This document shows, one piece after another, positions 42,057 to 51,083 of a stretch of 64,000 nt of DNA. A model generated the notes under the pieces. It ran no database searches and was not told where the DNA came from. It saw nothing but the letters and a program-made list of their open reading frames with translations. Position 1 is the first letter of the stretch. Each line of letters opens with the position of its first letter. This DNA is from Candidatus Poribacteria bacterium. GTDB lineage: Bacteria > Poribacteria > WGA-4E > PCPOR2b. Made by a program: the position numbers and the translations under genes. The stretch is from the NCBI GenBank assembly GCA_965198175.1, contig OZ240245.1, positions 1,856,001 through 1,920,000 of the forward strand, in the 5' to 3' direction.

Positions 42057-45000
42057 ATGAATACACAACTTTTCCGTTTCACCTTGTATACCATAATTGC
42101 ATATCTCGCTCTATCCGCACCCAAACCAGCCGGTGCCGCCTCCCAACCATCCGGTGTAAACGAGACACTTTTTTGCGGTGTAATTGATGATCAATGGAAC
42201 AAGCGGTATTCGGACCAATACACCAATCGTCGCTATACCCGAGCCTCTACGGCGAATCTGAACGTCGGTGAACCCCGCACGGTGCGGATGATCTACCTCT
42301 TACCCAACGACCGCCCGTACCGTGCAGACGTGGTTCAGCGGATGAAAGATGAGATCATCAAGGTTCAGACCTTTTTTGCTGATCAGATAGGTATACACGG
42401 TTACGGGGAAGTCCCCTTCCGCATCGAAACCGACTCCCAAGGCGAGCCGATGGTACTTCGGGTGGACGGGGGTCACCCCGATAGCCACTACCTTGATAAC
42501 ACAGAAGGTACTGTGCTCGATGAGATAAACCTAGCTTTTAATCTTGAGGCGAACGTTTGCCTCATCGTTATCGACAATAGTATAAATGGAATTGATCTGG
42601 GTGCGAACCGGCGTGCCGGAGGTGTCGGAAACAGACTGGGGAAAAATGGTGGATTTGCGCTAGTTTCTGGTGAATTTGGCTTTGAATTGACGGCACATGA
42701 ACTGGGACACGCCTTTGGACTGCAGCACGATTTCCACGATGGTGCGTATATAATGTCGTATGGTCCAGGACAACAGGATCGGGTATCTGCGTGCCATGCT
42801 GAATATTTGTCCGTGCATCCCTACTTCAATCTCAATACCCCAACTGAAGTGCGGGAGGGACCTACCATTGAACTTACCTCGCCGCGTACCTATCCGGTAG
42901 GTTCACATAGCGTCCCAGTTCGACTCAAGGTCAACGATTCAGAGGGACTTCACCAAGTGCTCCTATTTGTTAGCACAATAGAACCGCATTTCGCCGCCGG
43001 ATCTTATGAAGTGAAGGCATGTCGTGGATTGGCGGGCGACAGGGATACCGTCGTTCAATTCGATTATGACGGCGTTATTCCATCCGATGGCTTTACGAAT
43101 CTTTCTGACCCTGCTATACATCCGATTTCTGTCCATGCCGTTGATACGGATGGGGATATAAGCTATGCCTCTTTTTGGCTTGAAGAAATTTCGCCACACC
43201 ATATCGCTACTTTTGATGAGCATACGTCTGCAGTCCATTCTGTGGCATTTTCACCTGTTGATGCGATCCTCCTCGCTACCGGCTCAGGGGATGGGACGGT
43301 TAAGCTGTGGAACGTGGTGACGCAACAAAATATTGCGACCCTACTAAGGCCTGCAGGTTCTTCCATGGCATTTTCGTCCGATGGGGTGACTCTTGCTACC
43401 GGCTCATGGGATGGGACGGTCAAACTATGGGACGTAGTGACGCAACAAGATATCGCTACCTTTAAGGTACATACGGAGGCGATCACTTCTATGGCATTTT
43501 CGTCCGATGGTGTGACCCTCGCAACCGGCTCATGGGATGGGACGGTTAAGCTGTGGGACGTGGTGTCGCAACGAGATATCGCTACCTTTAAGGTACCGGA
43601 GGAGATCACTTCTATGGCATTTTCGTCCGATGGTGTGACCCTCGCAACCGGCTCATGGGATGGGACGGTTAAGCTGTGGGACGTAGAGACAGAACGAGAT
43701 ATCGCCACTCTCGGGCATGGGGATCCGGTACTTTCTGTGGCATTTTCAAGCGATGGGGCAATTCTCGCTTCCGGATCTCATGATAGGACGGTTAGGCTGT
43801 GGGATGTGGCGACACGACAAAATATCGCCACTTTTGAAGAGCATGCATCTAGGGTCACTTCTGTGGCATTTTCATCCGATGGGAGTACCCTCGCTACCGG
43901 GTCATGGGACAGGACGGTCAAGCTGTGGGACATAACAACGGGAATAAATTTCGCCACTCTCGGGCATGGGGATCCGGTACTTTCTGTGGCATTTTCAAGC
44001 GATGACACAACCCTTGCCACCGGGACGGAGGGGAGCACGGTCGAACTGTGGGATACGTCAGGGTTGATGGGGGTTCGTCTTGAGGCGGCCTCCGAGGTTG
44101 ACATCCCCGACCCCAGCCTCCGCGCTGCGATTGCAGAAGCAATCGGGCTGCCGCCAAGTACCTCCATTTTCCGAGGGCACCTAGAAAATTTGACCCGCCT
44201 TGACGCAAGAAACGCCGATATAAGCGATTTGACCGGGCTTGAAGGTGCAACTAACCTGAGAATACTGAATCTTAGTGCGGAGTATGTGGAGGCAGAGAAT
44301 CGTTGGATTAACAGCAACTCGGTATCGGATTTATCGCCTTTAACAGGCTTAACCAATTTGACAAACCTGACTCTTTGGGACAACAACATTTCGGATATCT
44401 CATCGGTATCGGGTTTGACTAACCTGAGAACGCTGGATCTTGGGAGTAACTCGGTATCGGATATCTCATCGGTGGCAGGCTTAACCAATTTGAAAGACCT
44501 GAATGTTGGCAACAACTCGATATCAGATATCTCATCGGTATCGGGATTGACTAACCTGACGTGGCTGGATCTTGGGAGTAACTCAGTATCGGATATCTCA
44601 TCGGTGGCAGGTTTAACCAATTTGAAAGACCTGATTCTTTGGGACAACAACATTTCGGATATCTCGCCTGTGTCTGGTTTAACGAACCTGACAACGCTGA
44701 TTCTTTCGGGCAACAACATCTCGGACCTATCGCCCTTAGTAGCCAATACAGGATTGGGGGAGGGATATATAGTTGATGTTTGGGGAAATCCCCTGAGCTA
44801 CACATCCATCCACACCCACATTCCCGCTCTCCAAAGCAGAGGGGTCACCGTACACTTTGACAATCAAGCGCACCCCGCCCTTCTGAAAATCTCAGGCGAT
44901 AACCAGAGACGTACGCCCGGCGAAACCCTAGCGAACCCGTTTGTTGTCGAAGCACGGGATGAAAACGGTTTAGTACTCGCAGGAATTTCAGTGAGGTTTA

Positions 45001-46997
45001 CCGTTACTTCAGGCGATGGTATGCTCAGTATACAAAGCACAACTACCGATGCCAACGGCAGGGCAGAGAGTACCCTCACGTTGGGTCCAAACTTGGGAAC
45101 GCACACCGTTTTGGTGTCAGCCGTTGGAATTGAAGTGCCGGCGACCTTTAATGCCGAAGGCAACCGAATACCCAAGACATTGGAGATAATCTCTGGGGTT
45201 GACCAAGAGGGTTTACCCGGTGATGCACTTGAAAAAGCGTTTGTCGTAGAAGTGCGAGACCAGTCGGATAAACCGTTCCCGGGTGTTGAGGTCACGTTTT
45301 CGGTCGCTAGTGGCGATGGTACGCTGAGTGAGGTAAGCGTCACGACGGACAGCAATGGGCGTGCAGAGAGTACCCTCACATTGGGACCAAATCCGGGAAC
45401 GAACACCGTCGAAGCGACTGTTACCGGGATTGAGGAGAAGCGGACGTTTACTGCCGAAGGCAACCGAATACCCAAGACATTGCAGATAATCTCGGGCAAA
45501 GACCAAGAGGGGCTGCCCGGCACGACGCTTGAAAAACCGTTTGTGGTAGAAGTGCGCGACCAGACTGATAAACCTCTACCGGGTGTCGAGGTCACGTTTA
45601 CCGTCACCGCAGGCGGCGGGACAGTCCAACCCGAAATCGCCACCACCGATGAAAACGGCAGGGCGGAGAGTACCCTTACCCTTGGCAGCACGCCCGGCAC
45701 AAACACGGTTCGCGTGAGTGTTGAAGGAAATACCCAGGCTGTCGCCACACTGACCATCGAAACCGTGAGGGTGTTTGCGTTGTCAATCCCAGCGGGCACG
45801 CATCTAATCCATATCCCGTTGGCTGTTAACCAGATTAACGGCGAAGATGCGACGATTGAGACCGTCGGCGACCTATACAACGCGCTCGGCGATGAGGTCA
45901 ACTTCATCATTACGGTCGGCGACGACGGTGGATGGAAGACCTACCTCGGCGATATCAGCACGGGTACCGTGGCGGACGCGGCAATCGAGGACGATACCGG
46001 TTTGATTGTGGTGATGTCCGACGCCAAGACGCTTGAACTCGTTGGCGATGCGTTAGGTACCGACAGCGCTTCCATGATTAGCATTGACGTGGGGAACAAC
46101 CTCGTCGGTGTACCGCTTGAACCGGACGACATGAGCATGATTAGCGACCTGCTGGTCGACGGTGTCGGTGCCATCGCGGTCTCCAAAGCCGATGGAATGG
46201 GATTCCACACGATTAGGGAACCCGGTCAAGACGGTGATGGTCCTATCGTGGGCGGTGTCGGCTACCTTGTTGTCTACATTGGAACGGAGGCAACCAGCAT
46301 CCCGATAGTCGGTTCCGCGTGGGAGAATTCCGGAGCCGTTTCGGCAGCGCCTGCAGTGGCGTTCGACGGCACGCACACACCGGTGCTGTATGTTGAGGGC
46401 GGCGTTATGGACGAGTTCAACATGTTGGCACGGGTTCCGGAGCTGCGCGTCACTGTGAAGAACCTGTCTACGGGCGCCTCGCTCGACACCGTTCTCGGAA
46501 CGGAGCTATCGGCGACAGCGTACAGCGGGACGTTTGTTGAATTGAGCCGCCACGCAGCGAAGGCTGGTGATGTGCTGGAAATCGTAGCGCATGCACCCAA
46601 CCCATTCGTTGGTGTTCGACCGGTTCCGCAGATTGTCGTGAGCGCGGAAGAGGTGTTGACGAGCCGTATCAAGCTGCCCGACCTGGAACTCTATGAGATT
46701 CCGTCGGAGACCGAGCTGTTGGCGAACTACCCGAATCCGTTTAACCCGGAAACTTGGATTCCGTACCGGTTAGCGAAAGCTGCCGAAGTGACGATAGAAA
46801 TCTATGATACCAACGGTAGCTTGGTGCGGAGCATTGATGTCGGCTTCAAACCAGCCGCTGTGTACGAATCGCGTGCATCAGCGATTTACTGGGATGGTCG
46901 CAACAACTACGGTGAACGTGTCGCAAGTGGTGTGTATTTCTATCACCTATCTGCAGGCGCCTATTCCGCCACGCGGAAAATGCTTATCATGAAATAG
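42057..46997 (+). CDS. Modular secreted protein: metzincin metallopeptidase, WD40 propeller, internalin-type LRRs, three Big_1 Ig domains and an FlgD/T9SS-type CTD
   Basis: Signal peptide; HELGHAFGLQHD with YIMSY Met-turn; LATGSWDGTVKLWD repeats; IPDPSLRAAI LRR cap and LTNLxxLxLxxNxISDIS; TTTDANGRAESTLTLG; YPNPFNPETWIPY. Confidence 0.92.
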   Translation: MNTQLFRFTLYTIIAYLALSAPKPAGAASQPSGVNETLFCGVIDDQWNKRYSDQYTNRRYTRASTANLNVGEPRTVRMIYLLPNDRPYRADVVQRMKDEIIKVQTFFADQIGIHGYGEVPFRIETDSQGEPMVLRVDGGHPDSHYLDNTEGTVLDEINLAFNLEANVCLIVIDNSINGIDLGANRRAGGVGNRLGKNGGFALVSGEFGFELTAHELGHAFGLQHDFHDGAYIMSYGPGQQDRVSACHAEYLSVHPYFNLNTPTEVREGPTIELTSPRTYPVGSHSVPVRLKVNDSEGLHQVLLFVSTIEPHFAAGSYEVKACRGLAGDRDTVVQFDYDGVIPSDGFTNLSDPAIHPISVHAVDTDGDISYASFWLEEISPHHIATFDEHTSAVHSVAFSPVDAILLATGSGDGTVKLWNVVTQQNIATLLRPAGSSMAFSSDGVTLATGSWDGTVKLWDVVTQQDIATFKVHTEAITSMAFSSDGVTLATGSWDGTVKLWDVVSQRDIATFKVPEEITSMAFSSDGVTLATGSWDGTVKLWDVETERDIATLGHGDPVLSVAFSSDGAILASGSHDRTVRLWDVATRQNIATFEEHASRVTSVAFSSDGSTLATGSWDRTVKLWDITTGINFATLGHGDPVLSVAFSSDDTTLATGTEGSTVELWDTSGLMGVRLEAASEVDIPDPSLRAAIAEAIGLPPSTSIFRGHLENLTRLDARNADISDLTGLEGATNLRILNLSAEYVEAENRWINSNSVSDLSPLTGLTNLTNLTLWDNNISDISSVSGLTNLRTLDLGSNSVSDISSVAGLTNLKDLNVGNNSISDISSVSGLTNLTWLDLGSNSVSDISSVAGLTNLKDLILWDNNISDISPVSGLTNLTTLILSGNNISDLSPLVANTGLGEGYIVDVWGNPLSYTSIHTHIPALQSRGVTVHFDNQAHPALLKISGDNQRRTPGETLANPFVVEARDENGLVLAGISVRFTVTSGDGMLSIQSTTTDANGRAESTLTLGPNLGTHTVLVSAVGIEVPATFNAEGNRIPKTLEIISGVDQEGLPGDALEKAFVVEVRDQSDKPFPGVEVTFSVASGDGTLSEVSVTTDSNGRAESTLTLGPNPGTNTVEATVTGIEEKRTFTAEGNRIPKTLQIISGKDQEGLPGTTLEKPFVVEVRDQTDKPLPGVEVTFTVTAGGGTVQPEIATTDENGRAESTLTLGSTPGTNTVRVSVEGNTQAVATLTIETVRVFALSIPAGTHLIHIPLAVNQINGEDATIETVGDLYNALGDEVNFIITVGDDGGWKTYLGDISTGTVADAAIEDDTGLIVVMSDAKTLELVGDALGTDSASMISIDVGNNLVGVPLEPDDMSMISDLLVDGVGAIAVSKADGMGFHTIREPGQDGDGPIVGGVGYLVVYIGTEATSIPIVGSAWENSGAVSAAPAVAFDGTHTPVLYVEGGVMDEFNMLARVPELRVTVKNLSTGASLDTVLGTELSATAYSGTFVELSRHAAKAGDVLEIVAHAPNPFVGVRPVPQIVVSAEEVLTSRIKLPDLELYEIPSETELLANYPNPFNPETWIPYRLAKAAEVTIEIYDTNGSLVRSIDVGFKPAAVYESRASAIYWDGRNNYGERVASGVYFYHLSAGAYSATRKMLIMK

Positions 46998-47010
46998 GAA
47001 ACGAATGAAT

Positions 47011-47227
47011 AGGCGGGACAAGAAAGATTTCTATCGCACTCACTATCCGTTCCCTTGATCCCCGCCTACGGAATGGGGACAATGGCGCCTGGGGGATTAA
47101 GCGAACGAATAGTGAGTGTTCAACCGACCGAAAAGGGAGGGATCAACTAAGCGAATAGATCAAGCGACTGGATAAGGAGTGCGATAGGTTTCCTAAGGAT
47201 CAAGCGAACGGATAGTGAGTGCGATAG
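47011..47227. repeat. Cluster of GATCAAGCGAACGGATAGTGAGTGCGATAG-family repeats (one inverted TIR-bounded copy plus 3-4 direct copies)
   Basis: Inverted copy 47011-47067; direct copies at about 47095, 47141 (partial), 47158 and 47198. Confidence 0.85.
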
Positions 47228-47231
47228 TCTT

Positions 47232-47252
47232 AGGGGGTTGACACCCCTTTTT
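47232..47252 (+). terminator. Putative intrinsic terminator
   Basis: AGGGGGT-TGAC-ACCCC followed by TTTTT. Confidence 0.5.
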
Positions 47253-47307
47253 GATTGAATTAATTTGTGTAATTTTTATAGTGAAACCAATAATTATTTA
47301 TACACTG

Positions 47308-47379
47308 CGGTAGGTTCGGTTTCCTAACCGAACCGGTATTTATCTAGTCCGCAGGTGCGGTTGGAAACCGCACCTACCG
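47308..47379. repeat. Inverted pair of GTAG-type REP hairpins
   Basis: CGGTAGGTTCGGTTTCCTAACCGAACCG and GGTGCGGTTGGAAACCGCACCTACCG. Confidence 0.8.
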
Positions 47380-47528
47380 AAACATGTGTAAATATGAATG
47401 GAATTGATTATAGTTGTTTTTAGTTGTAGTGATTATAGATGGCTCCAAAGTTCGTACTCAGAGCAGGGAGACGATTCATCACACGCCTTCTCAAAACGCT
47501 CAACACGTAATGGAATAGCGAACTGGAT

Positions 47529-47659
47529 GGCGGGGCAAGATGCCCCGCCTACGAGAGCCATCGAGGGAGGCTACCCCATTCACGAAACCTAGGGGATATG
47601 ATGCGCCGAACACAACACTACACCCCGTAACCACGTAGGGCGGGGCATCTTGCCCCGCC
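47529..47659. repeat. Inverted pair of GTAG-type REP hairpins (GGCGGGGC..GCCCCGCC)
   Basis: GGCGGGGCAAGATGCCCCGCCTAC (47529-47552) and GTAGGGCGGGGCATCTTGCCCCGCC (47635-47659); degenerate copy at about 41890-41911. Confidence 0.8.
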
Positions 47660-47698
47660 CAATGTGCGGACTATGTTGAAGCAGTTTGGAGAAAATCG

Positions 47699-48862
47699 AT
47701 GAAAGTCGTTATTGCACCCGATTCGTTCAAAGGGAGCTTGACTGCGCTGCGTGCGGCAGAGGCAATGGAGATAGGGTTACGCCGCGTCTTCCCTAGTGCA
47801 GAGGTTGAAAAGGTTCCGATGGCGGATGGTGGTGAAGGCACAGTGCAATCCCTGGTTGACGCAACGGGAGGCATGGTCATCACTGAGCGGGTTCTCGATC
47901 CGCTCGGGGTAGAAATTGATGCACAGTACGGTGCTCTTGGCGATGGCGTGACAGCCGTAATCGAAATGGCGGCAGCTTCCGGTTTAACACTGGTACCACC
48001 CGATAAACGCAATCCCCTCGTTACAACGACATATGGTACAGGACAACTCATCCAAGCAGCTTTGGATCGCGAATGTCGGAAGTTAATTATCGGAATTGGC
48101 GGAAGTGCGACAAACGATGGCGGTGCGGGTATGGCACAAGCACTTGGCACTAGGCTGATGACGGCTAGCGGAAAACAAATAAAATGGGGTGGCGGCGGTT
48201 TAAGCGACCTAGTCTCAATTGATGATTCTGAATTGGATCCACGCCTCGCCGAAACAGAAACAATCGTCGCTTGTGACGTCAACAACCCTTTAACGGGTGA
48301 ACACGGCGCTTCCCATGTTTACGGGCCCCAGAAAGGCGCAGCCCCTGAAATGGTCGAACTGCTAGATGCAAACCTAGCGCATTTCGATAAGATCCTGCGG
48401 CACGATCTCGGAAAATCTGTCGGGGACATCCCCGGCGCAGGGGCAGCTGGTGGATTAGGCGCAGGTTTGCTCGCTTTCCTTGATGCAACGCTAAAATCCG
48501 GTGTTGAGATTGTTATGGAAGCAACCCAACTTGAGCAAAAAATCGAAAGCGCTAATCTCGTCATCACTGGCGAAGGGCAGATCAACTTTCAAACAGTTTT
48601 TGGCAAAACGCCGGTTGGTGTTGCAACGCTTGCCAAGACGCACAACATCCCTGTCATTGCAATTGCCGGCAGCATTTCGAATGACGCCGGTGGGGTTTAC
48701 GACGCGGGAATTGATGCGATGATCGACATTGTGTCTGAGCCAATGCCATTAGAAGTTGCGATTGAAAATGCGGCACCCTTAATTGCTGCTGCGGCAGAAC
48801 GGGCAGGGCGGATGGTCGCAATCGGCTTGAGGATGCATGATAGGAAGGAGGGTTTCGTTTAG
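47699..48862 (+). CDS. glxK: Glycerate kinase
   Basis: IAPDSFKGSL, PMADGGEGT, EMAAASGL, GIGGSATNDGGAG, ACDVNNPL, YGPQKGA, GAGAAGG, GKTP. Confidence 0.93.
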   Translation: MKVVIAPDSFKGSLTALRAAEAMEIGLRRVFPSAEVEKVPMADGGEGTVQSLVDATGGMVITERVLDPLGVEIDAQYGALGDGVTAVIEMAAASGLTLVPPDKRNPLVTTTYGTGQLIQAALDRECRKLIIGIGGSATNDGGAGMAQALGTRLMTASGKQIKWGGGGLSDLVSIDDSELDPRLAETETIVACDVNNPLTGEHGASHVYGPQKGAAPEMVELLDANLAHFDKILRHDLGKSVGDIPGAGAAGGLGAGLLAFLDATLKSGVEIVMEATQLEQKIESANLVITGEGQINFQTVFGKTPVGVATLAKTHNIPVIAIAGSISNDAGGVYDAGIDAMIDIVSEPMPLEVAIENAAPLIAAAAERAGRMVAIGLRMHDRKEGFV

Positions 48863-49824
48863 AGGGCACATAAGCTGCGAATAGACGGTAGGTTGTCAGA
48901 TACAGTTGACCAAGATACGCCTGCGTCACTGCTGGCGTAGAGTTCGCCAGAGCGCAAACCGCACAGAACCTGATCGGCAATTTCGCGTGAGAATGTGATA
49001 CCGTGCGTGTCGATTTCCGAATCACTCTCTTCAGGCAGCCCATGGGTCACTTTCTTCCAATGTTTTCCGTCATCAGTGGTTCGGAAAAGGGAAAACCGTT
49101 TTCCGTGGGTTCGCCATCTCCCCGGAGATGTTGGCGAACCACTAATCAGGATGGTCTTTGGTTGGTCTGGATGGATGGCAATGCCGCGTGCATAGCGATT
49201 TTCTAAGCCGTCATTGCGAGCTTTCCACGACTCGCCGCTATCCTCGCTCAGATAAAAGCCATCTGCGGTCGCCGCGTATACGGTGTTCTCACGCTTGTGG
49301 CACGTAGCAACTTCATGTACATCCAGATCAAGCCCTTCATTCGTTGGTTGCCACGTTGTCCCGCGATTCAGAGTTCGTAAAATACCGCCAACGTGAATAT
49401 TGAGATAGAGCCCCTCTCTGTTTGCTGGCGCAACACTCCGCACGGCAGGTGGGCCACCCCAGGGCGTGTACCAAGTTTTAGCGATATCAAGCGTGCTCAA
49501 GTCTATTACTAATTCCCAGTGTTCATTGATGCAGTTGTAACGGTAAATCTTGGGCGGTTCGGTGCCAAAGTAAATATCGCCGTCAATTGGGTGAACGAAG
49601 AGCACAGTAATCTCCTCGTTTATGGGGGAGTCGGCAATCCCATCCCAAGATTTTCCCTGATTACTGCTTACCCAGATAGATTCTTCAGCATCGTGAGCAA
49701 CTAGCGTTCCGTCGCTCCTGGCGGCGACCTGGCGAATATCTTTGCCTTCAAGAGCATTAAGATTAAGAGTTTGGCTGGATTCATCCCAGCCGTAAATTCC
49801 GTTTCGTGTGCTGACTAAAATCAT
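48859..49824 (-). CDS. BNR/Asp-box beta-propeller protein (glycosyl hydrolase-like)
   Basis: SSNQGKSW, TLNRGTTW, SEDSGESW, TTDDGKHW, SSDAGVSW repeats; 4-bp convergent overlap with glycerate kinase. Confidence 0.8.
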   Translation of the reverse strand: MILVSTRNGIYGWDESSQTLNLNALEGKDIRQVAARSDGTLVAHDAEESIWVSSNQGKSWDGIADSPINEEITVLFVHPIDGDIYFGTEPPKIYRYNCINEHWELVIDLSTLDIAKTWYTPWGGPPAVRSVAPANREGLYLNIHVGGILRTLNRGTTWQPTNEGLDLDVHEVATCHKRENTVYAATADGFYLSEDSGESWKARNDGLENRYARGIAIHPDQPKTILISGSPTSPGRWRTHGKRFSLFRTTDDGKHWKKVTHGLPEESDSEIDTHGITFSREIADQVLCGLRSGELYASSDAGVSWSTVSDNLPSIRSLCAL

Positions 49825-50113
49825 GGGTATTGGTCCCTTTCAATGCCAACGACCCTGTTGTGCTGACGTTTTGACTGGAAAAGACATTCAGGTTATGTAA
49901 AAAAATACATGATTGAGGAATCTAAACCGATAACTGCCGTTATTTTATATACTTTCCACGGTGTATGTCAACATTTTTTCGCTGCATGTAACGAAAGGAC
50001 TATCCCAATCAAGCAACAAAATATTAACTTGCAACGCGCAATTCACGTTGACCAACATGTATTATTGAATCGATCATCGGCTTTACAAAAAAGAGATTGA
50101 AAGGGGAAAAAAT

Positions 50114-51067
50114 ATGATAAGATTGAAGATCGTCATCTCTGCAATTGGGCTATTAATTGCGCCTAGCGGTATAGCTCTCGCCGCATTCAACGACATCGGT
50201 GTGGGAGCCCGTCCGCTTGGATTGGGTGGCGCGTTCGTCGCAATGGCGGACGACGGCAATGCAGCAAATTATAACGCAGCAGGACTCGGCTATATTGATG
50301 ATATCCAGTTAAATACAACGTATGCACAGCGGTTCCAAGGACTTATCCGTTACAACTACATTGGTGGGGTGTTGCCGCTTGCCACTGCCGGCGCGGTAGG
50401 AGTGAGCATCGGTATTCTCAGCGAAGAAGCTGATATCTATCATGAACAGACAGTTAAAGTCTCTTACGGCAAGGCATTCTCACAGAAATTGGCACTCGGC
50501 GTAAACTTCAAATCCCTAGGGACTCGCTTCGATGAAGATAATGAATCCGTTCGCGCCAATCCGTATTTTGCGGAGAAAACCTCCGCTTCTGCCCTTTCAC
50601 TTGATGTTGGTATACTAGCAAAACCGGTGTCAGGACTGAGTCTGGGACTCTCAGCGGAAAACCTTCTCCCTGCCAATGTGAGTATTTCTGAGGCGAATGA
50701 AGATAAGGTTCCTGTGAATATTCGCAGCGGCTTAGCGTATAGTCTTGGCGCGATTGCAGAGACCATTGCGCAGGAATCTTTACGTGAGGCGCTAAAATCG
50801 GGTGTAGGTCTCCTCGAAATTACTTTCCGAGATGGTAATCGTCAGATTCACGCCGGTGCAGAAGTGTGGTTCAGCCAATCAATAAGCATCCGCGGCGGCT
50901 ATGCGGTGAAGAGCGGTGTGAATAGCGCGACTGCCATCGTAGTCGGAGGGAGCGCGAAAATTCCGGCTTCCGTGTTCAACCTTCAACTGGACTACGCCTT
51001 CCAAATTCTCACAGGCGATCTTGAGGACAACACGACCCAGCGCGTTTCGTTAAATCTGATATTTTAG
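50114..51067 (+). CDS. PorV/PorQ (FadL-like) outer-membrane beta-barrel
   Basis: Signal peptide; IGVGARPLGLGGAFVAMADDGNAANYNAAGL; amphipathic strands; LQLDYAF; terminal Phe. Confidence 0.8.
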   Translation: MIRLKIVISAIGLLIAPSGIALAAFNDIGVGARPLGLGGAFVAMADDGNAANYNAAGLGYIDDIQLNTTYAQRFQGLIRYNYIGGVLPLATAGAVGVSIGILSEEADIYHEQTVKVSYGKAFSQKLALGVNFKSLGTRFDEDNESVRANPYFAEKTSASALSLDVGILAKPVSGLSLGLSAENLLPANVSISEANEDKVPVNIRSGLAYSLGAIAETIAQESLREALKSGVGLLEITFRDGNRQIHAGAEVWFSQSISIRGGYAVKSGVNSATAIVVGGSAKIPASVFNLQLDYAFQILTGDLEDNTTQRVSLNLIF

Positions 51068-51083
51068 GTCAAAGGAGGAAAAC

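Noticed and set aside
43163..46672. Long minus-strand ORFs (181, 322, 348 aa)
   Set aside because: Antisense to the repetitive WD40/LRR/Ig gene; no independent motifs
47092..47227. Possible CRISPR array (30-bp direct repeats)
   Set aside because: Spacers are irregular and short (about 0-20 bp), the repeats are degenerate, copies are dispersed and inverted elsewhere, and there are no cas genes
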